Shown: positions 9,305 to 18,893 of the stretch, piece by piece
Layout of the letters: each line of letters opens with the position of its first letter
Numbering within the stretch: the first letter of the stretch is position 1
IMG/VR virus record: IMGVR_UViG_2802429225_000008
Length of the DNA: 38,441 nucleotides
Direction: 5' to 3' (one strand)
Origin: a virus
Lineage: Duplodnaviria > Heunggongvirae > Uroviricota > Caudoviricetes
Notes under the pieces: model-generated
The model's database searches: none
Seen by the model: the letters and a program-made list of their open reading frames with translations, nothing else
Told to the model about the DNA's origin: nothing
Program-made: the position numbers and the translations under genes

Positions 9305-9505
9305 GGGATACGAGCGCGCGCTGAAAAGGTTTAGCTAAATTTTTGTCGATAGGTGGTTTTAGTTGTTATACAAAAGTGTCACTGGTTTTGTTTTGAGCAT
9401 TTGTGGTGCTAAAAATATTTTTTTTGGTTCAAAATTACCTTAAAAAGGTTTTTTTGGTGTATGATTGTTTGAAAAGTGGTTCGGTTTTGCCATAAGGGTG
9501 GTTAG

Positions 9506-10588
9506 ATGATAAACGTTACAAACGAAATGCTCATTGATGTTGTCAGTGATGCTCTTACCGGGAAGAGGGAAAGTCTCCTCATGCGGTTGCGGATTATGGC
9601 AAAAAAACTAAAAAAAGAATCTCCTGAATTAGCGGGTAAATTAGAAGATTTACTTATTAATACAGGTGGCGCAATTGCAGTCGAAAGGGCTAATCCAGTT
9701 GTTCCTAAAATAACACCTGTTGATGCGGATACAAGACAAAAGCTGCTAGTTGAAACATATCCTGTGGTCATTGATGTTGAACCTGTTTGGCCAACAAAAA
9801 CTGATGTTCAACTGAATCGATTTGTGGCTGAGTGGGAAATGAAAGAACGCCTTTATAAAGAAGGGTTGCATCCGTCCAAATCTCTTCTTATGGGAGGACC
9901 ACCCGGTGTGGGGAAGACTTTGGCTGCAAAGTGGCTCGCTTTTAAACTCGATATGCCATTGTTAACATTAGATCTCGCAAGTGTAATGAGTAGCTACTTG
10001 GGGAAAACGGGTAATAATATTAAGGCAGTCCTCAATTATGCTTCGTCATTCCCTTGTGTACTGCTTCTTGACGAATTTGATGCGATTGCTAAAAAAAGGG
10101 ATGATGCAACAGATGTTGGAGAACTAAAAAGATTAGTTACAGTATTATTGCAAGCAATTGATGAATGGCCAAATACGTCTGTTCTTATAGCAGCAACTAA
10201 CCATGCGGAGCTGCTTGATCCTGCTGCATGGAGAAGATTCGATCGAGTTATTGATTTTGAATATCCAACACAAGACCTAATGAGAAGATATCTCTGTTCT
10301 AAAAATATTGGAGATAGCTTATCGTACTATATTGCTACAAAACTCGAAAAAGTTTCATATGCAGTTCTTGAGAGAGCTATAAATCAAGCTAAAAGAAATG
10401 CCATTATAGAAGATATTCCTTTAAGTTCAGCTTTAATTGATGAGTTGTTAGATGGCGTGTCACTTGATGATGTTATAAAAAACATGTCAAACAACAATGT
10501 ATCACAAAGAAAAATCGCTTTAGATTTGGGGATTTCAAGGTCACAAGTACGTAAGGTTTTGACGGTTGAGGATGAAGACAATGAATGA
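9506..10588 (+). CDS. AAA+ ATPase (IetA-like) of an ATPase/subtilase pair
   Basis: Walker A GPPGVGKT, Walker B LLLDEFD, sensor-1 ATNH, then AAWRRFD; AT-rich by eye; 8-nt overlap with the downstream protease gene. Confidence 0.8.
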   Translation: MINVTNEMLIDVVSDALTGKRESLLMRLRIMAKKLKKESPELAGKLEDLLINTGGAIAVERANPVVPKITPVDADTRQKLLVETYPVVIDVEPVWPTKTDVQLNRFVAEWEMKERLYKEGLHPSKSLLMGGPPGVGKTLAAKWLAFKLDMPLLTLDLASVMSSYLGKTGNNIKAVLNYASSFPCVLLLDEFDAIAKKRDDATDVGELKRLVTVLLQAIDEWPNTSVLIAATNHAELLDPAAWRRFDRVIDFEYPTQDLMRRYLCSKNIGDSLSYYIATKLEKVSYAVLERAINQAKRNAIIEDIPLSSALIDELLDGVSLDDVIKNMSNNNVSQRKIALDLGISRSQVRKVLTVEDEDNE

Positions 10589-11690
10589 TAAAAATATGCT
10601 TCTTGGCTATGGTGAAACACTAACTAACCCTGTTAAACTTAACAGAGGTGGAGGTGAAAAGAATAAACCTTACTCTTATTCAGAAAATAAACCAGTGATA
10701 TCTGCTCAACTGGAAGAGTTGATTGAGGAAATTAATACCCTTCCATTGTTAGCAATGCCTGAAGGTAAGGCTGTAGCAAAATTTGTTTTGCATCCGGCAT
10801 TCTTAGCAAAAAGTTATTTTCCAGTAAGTCTTTTTGAGCGATTTTCCCTAGAAAGCATAGGCAGTAAGGCTGTAAAAGTAAAACCTAGAAAAGATATTAA
10901 AAAAAGAGGGCGAAAAGAGGAATACACTACAGCGTGTATTTATGTTTCTGGCAAAAAAGAAAGTTTTCAATCATTCTTAGACTCTGTAAATCAAGATACC
11001 CTAACGAAAGGGCAGCAAAATGATTTTGTCACCTTAGAAAATATTTCAATACTGGAAGTTTCAGATAAAGTAAAAACGATTAATAGCAATGAAGTTATGA
11101 GTATTGAGGTCGCCTTACATACTCCTGATACAATTTCCTCTATTGTCGATAGTTTTGAAGTTTTTGCTTCGCAAAATGGTGCTGTTATAGATAAGGCAAG
11201 AAGTATAAAGGTTAAGGGGCTAACCTTTATGCCTATTAAGGCTAGTAAAGATGTAGCTTTAAAAGTTGCAGAGTTTTCATTTCTCAGGACTTTGAGAGAA
11301 CTTCCTGAATTAAGGCTAAGTGAGCCTGTTATATCACGTTCTGTGATTCAAACATCTAACCTTAGTTTACCATCTGAAGGAGCGGTAAACCCACACATAA
11401 AGGTTGCCATATTCGATGGTGGATTGGGGATCGATGATTTCAATCCTTGGGTAACAGAGTACACTTTCAACGGTAATGCTAGTACTAATGCAAAACTTCT
11501 TTCTCATGGACAGGATGTCACCTCTACTGTGTTATTTGGTGTTCTTGGCTCTGAAACGGAAAAATTAAGTGTTCCTTATTGTAATATTGACCATTATCGT
11601 GTACTGGATTCTAATGTTAATAACTCAGATGTCGATCTTTTTGACGTTCTGATCCGTATTAAAAGTGTATTAGAACAAAAAAAAATATGA
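10581..11690 (+). CDS. S8 subtilisin-like serine protease (IetS-like), N-terminal part; interrupted by a frameshift at the A9 run 11677-11685
   Basis: Contains the catalytic Asp motif (VAIFDGG) and His motif (SHGQDVTS); ends ...LEQKKI* directly after a run of nine A. Start ATG 10581 preferred (GAGGA 9 nt upstream). Confidence 0.7.
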   Translation: MNDKNMLLGYGETLTNPVKLNRGGGEKNKPYSYSENKPVISAQLEELIEEINTLPLLAMPEGKAVAKFVLHPAFLAKSYFPVSLFERFSLESIGSKAVKVKPRKDIKKRGRKEEYTTACIYVSGKKESFQSFLDSVNQDTLTKGQQNDFVTLENISILEVSDKVKTINSNEVMSIEVALHTPDTISSIVDSFEVFASQNGAVIDKARSIKVKGLTFMPIKASKDVALKVAEFSFLRTLRELPELRLSEPVISRSVIQTSNLSLPSEGAVNPHIKVAIFDGGLGIDDFNPWVTEYTFNGNASTNAKLLSHGQDVTSTVLFGVLGSETEKLSVPYCNIDHYRVLDSNVNNSDVDLFDVLIRIKSVLEQKKI

Positions 11691-11739
11691 TTATATCAAT
11701 CTGAGCTTAGGACCTAGATTACCTGTTGATGACGATGAC

Positions 11740-12774
11740 GTGCATGTGTGGACCTCAACTCTTGAGGAGATACTTGCATCAGGAGAAACACTTTGTACTG
11801 TCGCGGTTGGAAATGATGGTCAGCTGCCTGCCAAGTTAAATCGAATTCAACCACCTGCTGATTTAGTTAATGGTCTGTCAGTAGGTGCAGCAACCTCTTT
11901 ATCTGATAGTTGGGAAAGATGTTCTTACAGTTGTATTGGTCCTGGACGAAGCCCTGGCTTTGTGAAGCCTGATGGAGTTGCATTTGGAGGACATTCTGAT
12001 GAGCCATTCCAGGTATACAGCCCTATGGTTAATGGTCTTGCCCGCACTGCGGGGACTAGCTTTTCAGCTCCATTAGTCCTGAGGCAAGCAATCGCGTTAA
12101 GTGCTTCTCTAAATTACAACATTACACCACTTACGGCTAAAGCTCTGCTTATACATCATGCGGAGAGCAATAATATCAATCGTGCTGAAGTTGGTTGGGG
12201 ACGATTTCCTCATGATCTTAGTGAAGTAATATTTTGTGATGATGATGAAGTTAAAGTTATATATCAAGGTACTTTAAAACCATCACAACACATGCGAGCA
12301 CCTATTCCGTTTCCAGATGTACCTATGCGTGGATGTGTAAATTTAAGAGCGACATTCTGCTTTTCCAGTCCTGTAGATGCGGAACATCCTTTGAATTATA
12401 CAAGAAGCGGTCTAGAAGTAACCATGAGAAAAGGTGTTTCAGATAGTTCCGGGTTAACGTTTCCTCTTTTTAATCTAAAAAATGTTTATGCAGATGAAAA
12501 TGAGCAACGTGTTGATGCACATAAATGGGAGACTACGTTAAGAAGTGAACACAAATTTAAACCGAATGAGCTGACAAACCCATGCTTTGATATTATCTAC
12601 TATGGTAGAGACTGTGGTATGCCTATTGATGTTGACGAGTTAGAAGAACTACCATATGTTCTTGTCGTGACTTTATCTGCTGAAGAAATGCCGGATTTAT
12701 ATAACCTAATTAGGCAGAAATATCAAACCTTACAGCCTATCCAAGTTCAACAGCAAATTATGTTACGTACTTAA
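11740..12774 (+). CDS. S8 subtilisin-like serine protease (IetS-like), C-terminal part in the +1 frame
   Basis: The frame is open from 11674 and reads KKKYDYINLSLGP...CTVAVGNDG...GTSFSAP, i.e. the subtilase INLSLG block, oxyanion-hole Asn and catalytic Ser. Continuous with the upstream ORF if one A is removed. Confidence 0.7.
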   Translation: MHVWTSTLEEILASGETLCTVAVGNDGQLPAKLNRIQPPADLVNGLSVGAATSLSDSWERCSYSCIGPGRSPGFVKPDGVAFGGHSDEPFQVYSPMVNGLARTAGTSFSAPLVLRQAIALSASLNYNITPLTAKALLIHHAESNNINRAEVGWGRFPHDLSEVIFCDDDEVKVIYQGTLKPSQHMRAPIPFPDVPMRGCVNLRATFCFSSPVDAEHPLNYTRSGLEVTMRKGVSDSSGLTFPLFNLKNVYADENEQRVDAHKWETTLRSEHKFKPNELTNPCFDIIYYGRDCGMPIDVDELEELPYVLVVTLSAEEMPDLYNLIRQKYQTLQPIQVQQQIMLRT

Positions 12775-12781
12775 CAATGTG

Positions 12782-12804
12782 GAGGGGTTCCCCCTCCTTT
12801 ATTA
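12782..12804 (+). terminator. Hairpin terminator (ggagggg-ttc-cccctcc followed by a T-rich run) between convergent genes
   Basis: 7-bp perfect stem followed by TTTATT, between the protease gene stop (12774) and the portal gene stop (12813). Confidence 0.5.
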
Positions 12805-12812
12805 AGCTTTAT

Positions 12813-13865
12813 CTATGTTGATTGTGGGTCATCGTTTATTAAGTTATATTTTTCAAAATGGATAATATTAATTCCTAACCATTCATTAAATTCCTGTAAT
12901 CGTTTTTGTAAAGGCATTAATTCATTTCGAACAAACACTCGACTCGCCTTCTCTACATCTCCAAATCCTCCAACATTACTTGGCATAATCCCCATCATTT
13001 GCGGCGGCACACGGTGTGCCGCCATCATGTCGTCTCGGCTCACGTTCTTGATGTTCAGAAATTCATCCTTCGCTGCGACTTCTGACAGCGGGATGATCTG
13101 AAGCCCGTCCTTTTTGCCGTTAGGCGAGTACATAAACAGGTTGCGGAAGTTGCCTGGACCTTTGGCGCTTTTCATCGCGTTGCGGAGGTTGTTCACATCT
13201 TCCTGGTTCTGCGCGGCGTCGGTCATATACATGATGAAGCCAGCATGACTGCCGTTAATGTAATACTTTCGACGGAACAGCGTGGCGGACTCATTGAGCA
13301 GGGCGGACGGAATGGCAGAAAGATAGCCGGGCAAGCCGTAGATCTCCTGGTTAATGTCCGGTTCCATCAGATGAAAAATGCTGCCTTTCGTGAACTGATA
13401 TGGCTGGGTTGTCATACCGTATTGCACAAACCAGTAGGTATCCAGGTCTAACCCGCGTCGGGTGTATTTTGCCAGCGCAGGCTCAAGGGCGATAACTTCA
13501 CCGAAGCGGTTCGTGCGTTTCTCCAGGTAGGCGTTACCAAAAACCAGATAGTCCTGCACAAAACGCGAAAAAGCCTGCTGGCTGAGCAGCGGGTGAGGGA
13601 TGTAGGTGCTGGTCAAAATGTTGCATTTCACCGCAATCGGTGAGCTGTGATGCACGGCGGCGCGGAAGGTTCGTGCCAGTCCGTCAAAGCTGACGGGCGG
13701 CTCATACCAGCGATCCATCTGTACGCATTCCACATAGTCCAGCAGTTCGCGGCGGTCCAGAACAGGAACGGGATCACCGAAGCTGAATGCTTCGGCTGAA
13801 GTCTGGCTTTTATGCTGGTTCTGGTTCGTCGACGCAGCGCGGTTCTTCTTACTCTTTCCCATCAA
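12813..13865 (-). CDS. Q: Portal protein (P2 gpQ family)
   Basis: 350-aa ORF resembling P2 Q; first gene of the packaging block, adjacent to and co-oriented with the large terminase. Confidence 0.85.
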   Translation of the reverse strand: MMGKSKKNRAASTNQNQHKSQTSAEAFSFGDPVPVLDRRELLDYVECVQMDRWYEPPVSFDGLARTFRAAVHHSSPIAVKCNILTSTYIPHPLLSQQAFSRFVQDYLVFGNAYLEKRTNRFGEVIALEPALAKYTRRGLDLDTYWFVQYGMTTQPYQFTKGSIFHLMEPDINQEIYGLPGYLSAIPSALLNESATLFRRKYYINGSHAGFIMYMTDAAQNQEDVNNLRNAMKSAKGPGNFRNLFMYSPNGKKDGLQIIPLSEVAAKDEFLNIKNVSRDDMMAAHRVPPQMMGIMPSNVGGFGDVEKASRVFVRNELMPLQKRLQEFNEWLGINIIHFEKYNLINDDPQST

Positions 13866-15628
13866 AAAATCTCCACAATATTGCTGGCATTGGCGGACTC
13901 GCCCTGCAGCGGTTCGTTAAACAGTGCGTGCATTGTTGCCCAGGCCAGATCGGCATGGCTGGCTTCTTCGCTGCGGCTGGCTTCATAGGTCGGGCGGTTG
14001 CCGCTGGCGGTGGTGGCGCGACGGATTGCCATGAATGACTGCGCAATGTCGGTGTGTCCGGCGTCAAATTCCAGGCGGCGGTGACTGATAATGTCGTAGG
14101 CCTTGAGTACCAGGGCGTTTTTAACGTTGGGGTTGTAGACAAACTCCCGGACGGCAGGAAAAAACGCTTTCACGTTCTCGTAAACCCCGTGACCGACGCC
14201 GGTCGAGTCGATGCCGATATAGGTCACGTTATACTGTTCGGTCAGTTTTTTGATGGCGTCAGCCTGGGCGCGGAAGTCCATTCCGCGCCACTGGTGACGC
14301 TCAAGAATGCGGAACTTACCGCCCGGCACGGCTGGCGGTGCCACCACCACGCATCCGGCGCTGTCGCCGTTCTGCGTACCTTTTGCCGGGTCATAACCGA
14401 TCCACACTTCGCGCCAGCCAAACGGGCGCAGGGCCAGTGCATGAAAGTCGGTCCAGACTTCCCAACTGTCCACCATGCACGCCTGCAGCTCGCTGAGTGG
14501 GAACACGGACGCGAGATCGTCCACGAACTCACACATCAGCAGGTTCTGGTATTCGTCCGGGCTGTATTCCATGCGCAACTGGTCAAGGTCGAACAGGTTA
14601 CAGCCGCCGCGCACCGCATCTTCTACGGTGACTATCTGGCGGTATTGCCCGTCTGCGCACAGCAGGCCGGGGGCCAGATTGCTGTGGGACAGGTCGATGT
14701 CCACCTTGTCGGCTTTGTTGCGTCCACGGTTGAACAGCGCACCGGACCAGAACGGATAAGCACTGTGGGTCAGGCTGGATGGCGTGGAAAAATAGGTTTG
14801 TCGCCATTTTTTGTGAATAGCCATACCGGAAGCCACTTTGCGCAGCTCCTGGAATTTCGGTATCCAGAAATATTCATCCAGATACAGGTTGCCGTGGTAA
14901 CTCTGGGCAGTGCGGGCATTGGTGCCGAGGAAATACAGTGTGGCCCCGTTGGGAAGCACCATCGGATCGCCTTTCAGCTCCACTTCCACTTCTTTGGCGA
15001 AGTCGATGATGTACTGCTTAAAGACGTGCGCCTGTGCCTTACTGGCAGAAAGGAAAATCTGGTTACGTCCGGTTAGCAGGGCGTCAATCAGGGCTTCACG
15101 GGCAAAATAGAAGGTCGCGCCGATCTGGCGTGACTTCAGCAGGTTGCGGATGCGGTTGGTTTTTCCGGCTTCCCACCAGTGACGCTGGTAGTTGAACATG
15201 GAGGAATGGAAGATTTCTTCCAGCTTCTCAATCTGTTCATCGGTGAAAACATTCTTTTCAGGCTGACGGCGCGGGCCTTTGTTGCGGTTGGCGACGTTAG
15301 GGTTTAAGTCGGCTTCGTTGCCGCCATTGTTAAACTTGCCGATCCGCGCGTGGCGCTCAGACTGGCGCGCCAGCAGGTCAATCTCTTTGAAATCTTTCCC
15401 TTCTTTGTGCTCCTTCATAATGAGCTGGCAGTAGCGTGCGGCAGTGGTGAGCTGCATCTGATCCAGCGGCCCATAGTCACCCCACTTGTCGCGTTTTTTC
15501 CAGCTGTGAACGGTTGCAACTTTCTCGCCCAGCATTTCAGCAATGCGGGCTACGCGGTATCCCTGAAAGTACAGCAGCATGGCCTGCCGACGGGGATCGA
15601 GATCTGCGGGTGTCAGTGTGGTGTTCAT
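13862..15628 (-). CDS. P: Terminase large (ATPase) subunit (P2 gpP family)
   Basis: 588-aa ORF resembling P2 P; overlaps the Q start by 4 nt. Confidence 0.9.
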   Translation of the reverse strand: MNTTLTPADLDPRRQAMLLYFQGYRVARIAEMLGEKVATVHSWKKRDKWGDYGPLDQMQLTTAARYCQLIMKEHKEGKDFKEIDLLARQSERHARIGKFNNGGNEADLNPNVANRNKGPRRQPEKNVFTDEQIEKLEEIFHSSMFNYQRHWWEAGKTNRIRNLLKSRQIGATFYFAREALIDALLTGRNQIFLSASKAQAHVFKQYIIDFAKEVEVELKGDPMVLPNGATLYFLGTNARTAQSYHGNLYLDEYFWIPKFQELRKVASGMAIHKKWRQTYFSTPSSLTHSAYPFWSGALFNRGRNKADKVDIDLSHSNLAPGLLCADGQYRQIVTVEDAVRGGCNLFDLDQLRMEYSPDEYQNLLMCEFVDDLASVFPLSELQACMVDSWEVWTDFHALALRPFGWREVWIGYDPAKGTQNGDSAGCVVVAPPAVPGGKFRILERHQWRGMDFRAQADAIKKLTEQYNVTYIGIDSTGVGHGVYENVKAFFPAVREFVYNPNVKNALVLKAYDIISHRRLEFDAGHTDIAQSFMAIRRATTASGNRPTYEASRSEEASHADLAWATMHALFNEPLQGESANASNIVEIF

Positions 15629-15675
15629 GGCATAAACCTACAGCCTTGAATGACGGCTTTCCCCGCCTGCGGTTT

Positions 15676-15693
15676 GTGTGGTTGTCGGTACAA
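15676..15693. promoter_or_regulatory. Ogr/Delta-type late promoter element (TGT-N12-ACA) in the P/O divergent region
   Basis: tgtgtggttgtcggtaca between the P and O starts; matches the P2 late-promoter activator site pattern. Confidence 0.5.
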
Positions 15694-15770
15694 ATACCGC
15701 GCATTGTTTCACTGCCCCCATCACCGCAACCATAAGGCTCCAGTAAGTTTTTTCTAACGGAGCACGGCTC

Positions 15771-16604
15771 ATGACAGTGAAAGCAAAGCGTTTTCGCATC
15801 GGGGTGGAAGGTGCCACCACCGACGGACGCGAAATCCAGCGTGAATGGCTGGAACAGATGGCAGCCAGCTACAACCCGGCGGTGTATACCGCGCTGATTA
15901 ACCTTGAGCACATCAAGTCTTATCTGCCGGACAGCACCTTTAACCGCTACGGCAAGGTGACGGCGCTGTTTGCTGAAGAAATCACGGAAGGTCCGCTGGC
16001 AGGCAAGATGGCGCTGTATGCCGACGTTGAGCCAACGGAGTCCCTGGTGGAACTGGTGAAAAAAGGCCAGAAATTATTCACCTCTATGGAAGTCAGCCCG
16101 AAGTTCGCTGATACGGGCAAAGCCTACCTGGTCGGCCTGGCTGCCACTGATGACCCTGCCAGTCTGGGTACGGAAATGCTGACATTCAGCGCCAGTGCAG
16201 CCCATAACCCACTGGCAAACCGCAAGCAGAATCCTGCCAATCTCTTTACCGCTGCAGAGGAAACGGTGATCGAACTGGAAGAAATCCAGGATGACAAACC
16301 GTCCCTGTTTGCCCGTGTCACGGCGCTGTTTACAAAAAAAGAGCAGTCCGACGATGCCCGGTTTTCTGATGTGCATAAGGCCGTGGAACTGGTCGCCACT
16401 GAGCAGCAAAACCTGAGTGTGCGCACCGAAAAATCCCTTTCTGAGCAGGAAGAACGTCTGTCTGAGCTGGAGACAGTTCTGCAGGCACAACAGGCCGCCT
16501 TTAACGAACTGGTGGACAAGCTGAGCCATGAAGACAGCCGCCAGGACTACCGCCAGCGTGCAACGGGCGGTAACGCCCCCGCTGACACTCTGACCAATTG
16601 CTGA
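15771..16604 (+). CDS. O: Capsid scaffolding protein (P2 gpO family)
   Basis: MTVKAKRFRIGVEGATTDGREIQREWLEQMAASYNP... resembles P2 O. Confidence 0.9.
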   Translation: MTVKAKRFRIGVEGATTDGREIQREWLEQMAASYNPAVYTALINLEHIKSYLPDSTFNRYGKVTALFAEEITEGPLAGKMALYADVEPTESLVELVKKGQKLFTSMEVSPKFADTGKAYLVGLAATDDPASLGTEMLTFSASAAHNPLANRKQNPANLFTAAEETVIELEEIQDDKPSLFARVTALFTKKEQSDDARFSDVHKAVELVATEQQNLSVRTEKSLSEQEERLSELETVLQAQQAAFNELVDKLSHEDSRQDYRQRATGGNAPADTLTNC

Positions 16605-16620
16605 TGGAGCACAAAACCTG

Positions 16621-17679
16621 ATGAAGAAGAATACCCGCTTTGCTTTTAACGCTTACCTGCAGCAGCTGGCGCGTCTGAACGGTGTGGCAGTTGAAGAACT
16701 GTCCAGCAAGTTCACCGTGGAGCCGTCTGTACAGCAGACGCTGGAAGACCAGATCCAGCAGTCCGCCGCTTTCCTGACGCTGATTAACGTCACGCCAGTG
16801 ACTGAGCAGTCCGGTCAGCTGCTGGGGCTGGGTGTTGGCAGCACCATTGCCGGAACCACTGACACCACCGCGAAAGAGCGTGAACCTGTCGATCCGACGC
16901 TGATGGTCGATGTGGAATACAAATGCGAACAGACCAACTTTGACACAGTGCTGACCTACGCGAAGCTGGACCTGTGGGCGAAGTTTCAGGATTTCCAGGT
17001 GCGTATCCGTAACGCCATCGTGAAACGTCAGGCACTGGACCGCATCATGATCGGCTTTAACGGCGTGAAGCGTGCGAAAACCTCCAACCGCAGCGAAAAC
17101 CCGCTGCTGCAGGATGTGAACAAAGGCTGGTTGCAGAAAATCCGTGAGGATGCACCGGATCACGTCATGGGCAGCACCACCACGGGCGGTGAAACCACAC
17201 CGGGTGCGGTGAAAGTCGGGAAAGGTGGCGAATATGCCAACCTGGACGCCGTGGTGATGGATGCCGTTAACGAGCTTATCGACGTGGTCTATCAGGACGA
17301 TGACGATCTGGTTGTGATTTGCGGTCGTGAACTGCTGTCTGACAAGTATTTCCCGCTGGTCAACAAAGAGCAGGAAAACAGTGAAAAACTGGCTGCCGAT
17401 ATGATCATCAGTCAGAAACGCATGGGTGGCCTGCAGGCCGTGCGTGCGCCGTTCTTCCCGCCGAATGCGCTGCTGATCACCCGTCTGGATAACCTGTCCA
17501 TCTACTGGCAGGAAGACACCCGCCGTCGTTCGGTTATCGACAACCCAAAACGTGACCGGATTGAAAATTTTGAATCCGTTAACGAAGCCTATGTGGTTGA
17601 GGACTACCGCTGCGCTGCACTGGTGGAAAACATCCAGATTGGCGACTTCAGCGCAGCCGCAGCAGAAGCCGGAGCGTAA
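16621..17679 (+). CDS. N: Major capsid protein (P2 gpN family)
   Basis: Similarity along the whole length to P2 N (e.g. FTVEPSV, ...ISQKR..., ...VVEDY...). Confidence 0.9.
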   Translation: MKKNTRFAFNAYLQQLARLNGVAVEELSSKFTVEPSVQQTLEDQIQQSAAFLTLINVTPVTEQSGQLLGLGVGSTIAGTTDTTAKEREPVDPTLMVDVEYKCEQTNFDTVLTYAKLDLWAKFQDFQVRIRNAIVKRQALDRIMIGFNGVKRAKTSNRSENPLLQDVNKGWLQKIREDAPDHVMGSTTTGGETTPGAVKVGKGGEYANLDAVVMDAVNELIDVVYQDDDDLVVICGRELLSDKYFPLVNKEQENSEKLAADMIISQKRMGGLQAVRAPFFPPNALLITRLDNLSIYWQEDTRRRSVIDNPKRDRIENFESVNEAYVVEDYRCAALVENIQIGDFSAAAAEAGA

Positions 17680-17682
17680 TCC

Positions 17683-18333
17683 ATGAGCCTGAGTCCCGCA
17701 CGGCAGCATCGCCTGCGCGTTCAGGCTGAACAGGCCGCCCGCGAGGGCGGCAGTGTTCGCCACGCGTCGGGCTATGACCTGATGCTGCTGCAACTGGCGG
17801 AAGACCGCCGTCGTCTCAAGGGCGTTCAGTCCACGGTCAAAAAAGCGGAAATCAAAGTGGAGCTGCTGCCGAAGTACGCCGCCTGGGCGGAGGGTGTCCT
17901 GGCTGCCGGAGGCGCTCAACAGGATGACGTGCTGATGTACGTGATGCTGTGGCGCATTGATGCCGGAGATTATGCCGGGGCGCTGGAGATCGGGCGTCAT
18001 GCCCTGCGTCATGGCTGGGTGATGCCGCTGGGTAATCGCAACGTGCAGACCGTGCTGGCAGAGGAAATGGCAGACGCCGCACAGAGCGCAATGCTTGCCG
18101 CCACCGGCTTTGATGTCGATCTGTTGCTGCAGACGCTGGAGCTGACAGACGGTCTGGATATGCCGGACCAGTCACGGGCGCGTCTGCATAAAGCGATTGG
18201 CGCGGTCCTGAGTGAAAGCAATCCGGCTTCCGCCCTTAATCATCTCAACCATGCGTTACAGCTCGATCCCCGCTGTGGCGTGAAAAAAGACAAACAGCAG
18301 CTGGAGCGCAGACTGCGCAATGACAGCTGCTGA
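17683..18333 (+). CDS. M: Terminase small (endonuclease) subunit (P2 gpM family)
   Basis: Position after N and size in the P2 late operon. Confidence 0.8.
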   Translation: MSLSPARQHRLRVQAEQAAREGGSVRHASGYDLMLLQLAEDRRRLKGVQSTVKKAEIKVELLPKYAAWAEGVLAAGGAQQDDVLMYVMLWRIDAGDYAGALEIGRHALRHGWVMPLGNRNVQTVLAEEMADAAQSAMLAATGFDVDLLLQTLELTDGLDMPDQSRARLHKAIGAVLSESNPASALNHLNHALQLDPRCGVKKDKQQLERRLRNDSC

Positions 18334-18428
18334 CAGAACGTGCCCCCGCGCACGGGCGGCACGGGGTGGCGAAAGGCACTGCTACATCAAAACCCCGTCC
18401 ACCGCCCTCTATTTCAGGAGAAAGCAGC

Positions 18429-18893
18429 ATGAAGTTTGTTGCGCCAGAACAGGCACCGGAACAGGCGGAAATCATCAGAAATACGCCGTTCTGGCCTGAT
18501 GTGGACCTGTCGGAGTTTCGCAGTGTCATGCGCACTGACGGCACGGTGACGCAGCCGCGTTTAAAGCAGGTTGCGCTGTCGGCAATTTCGGAGGTCAACG
18601 CAGAGCTGTATGAGTTTCGCAGACGCCAGCAGATGCTGGGATATTCCTCGCTGGCAGAGGTTCCGGCTGAACAGCTGGACGGCAAAAGTGAGCGCATTCA
18701 TCACTATTTCAACGCGGTTTACTGCTGGGCACGCGCCATGCTCAACGAGCGTTATCAGGACTATGACGCCACGGCATCCGGTGTGAAGCGGGGCGAGGAA
18801 CTGGCGGAAGCAAGCGGTGATTTGTGGCGTGATGCCCGCTGGGCCATCAGCCGGGTGCAGGATGCGCCGCACTGCACAGTGGAGCTTATCTGA
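18429..18893 (+). CDS. L: Head completion/stabilisation protein (P2 gpL family)
   Basis: Start ATG 18429 preceded by CAGGAGAAAG (the ORF-track start at 18366 is a GTG); position after M. Confidence 0.8.
   Translation: MKFVAPEQAPEQAEIIRNTPFWPDVDLSEFRSVMRTDGTVTQPRLKQVALSAISEVNAELYEFRRRQQMLGYSSLAEVPAEQLDGKSERIHHYFNAVYCWARAMLNERYQDYDATASGVKRGEELAEASGDLWRDARWAISRVQDAPHCTVELI

Noticed and set aside
14054-15076. 340-aa ORF on the plus strand
   Set aside because: Antisense within the large terminase gene P; no independent support.
16501-18012. 503-aa ORF on the minus strand
   Set aside because: Antisense to the major capsid (N) and small terminase (M) genes, which have clear P2 homology; a long open frame opposite GC-rich coding sequence is a common artefact.
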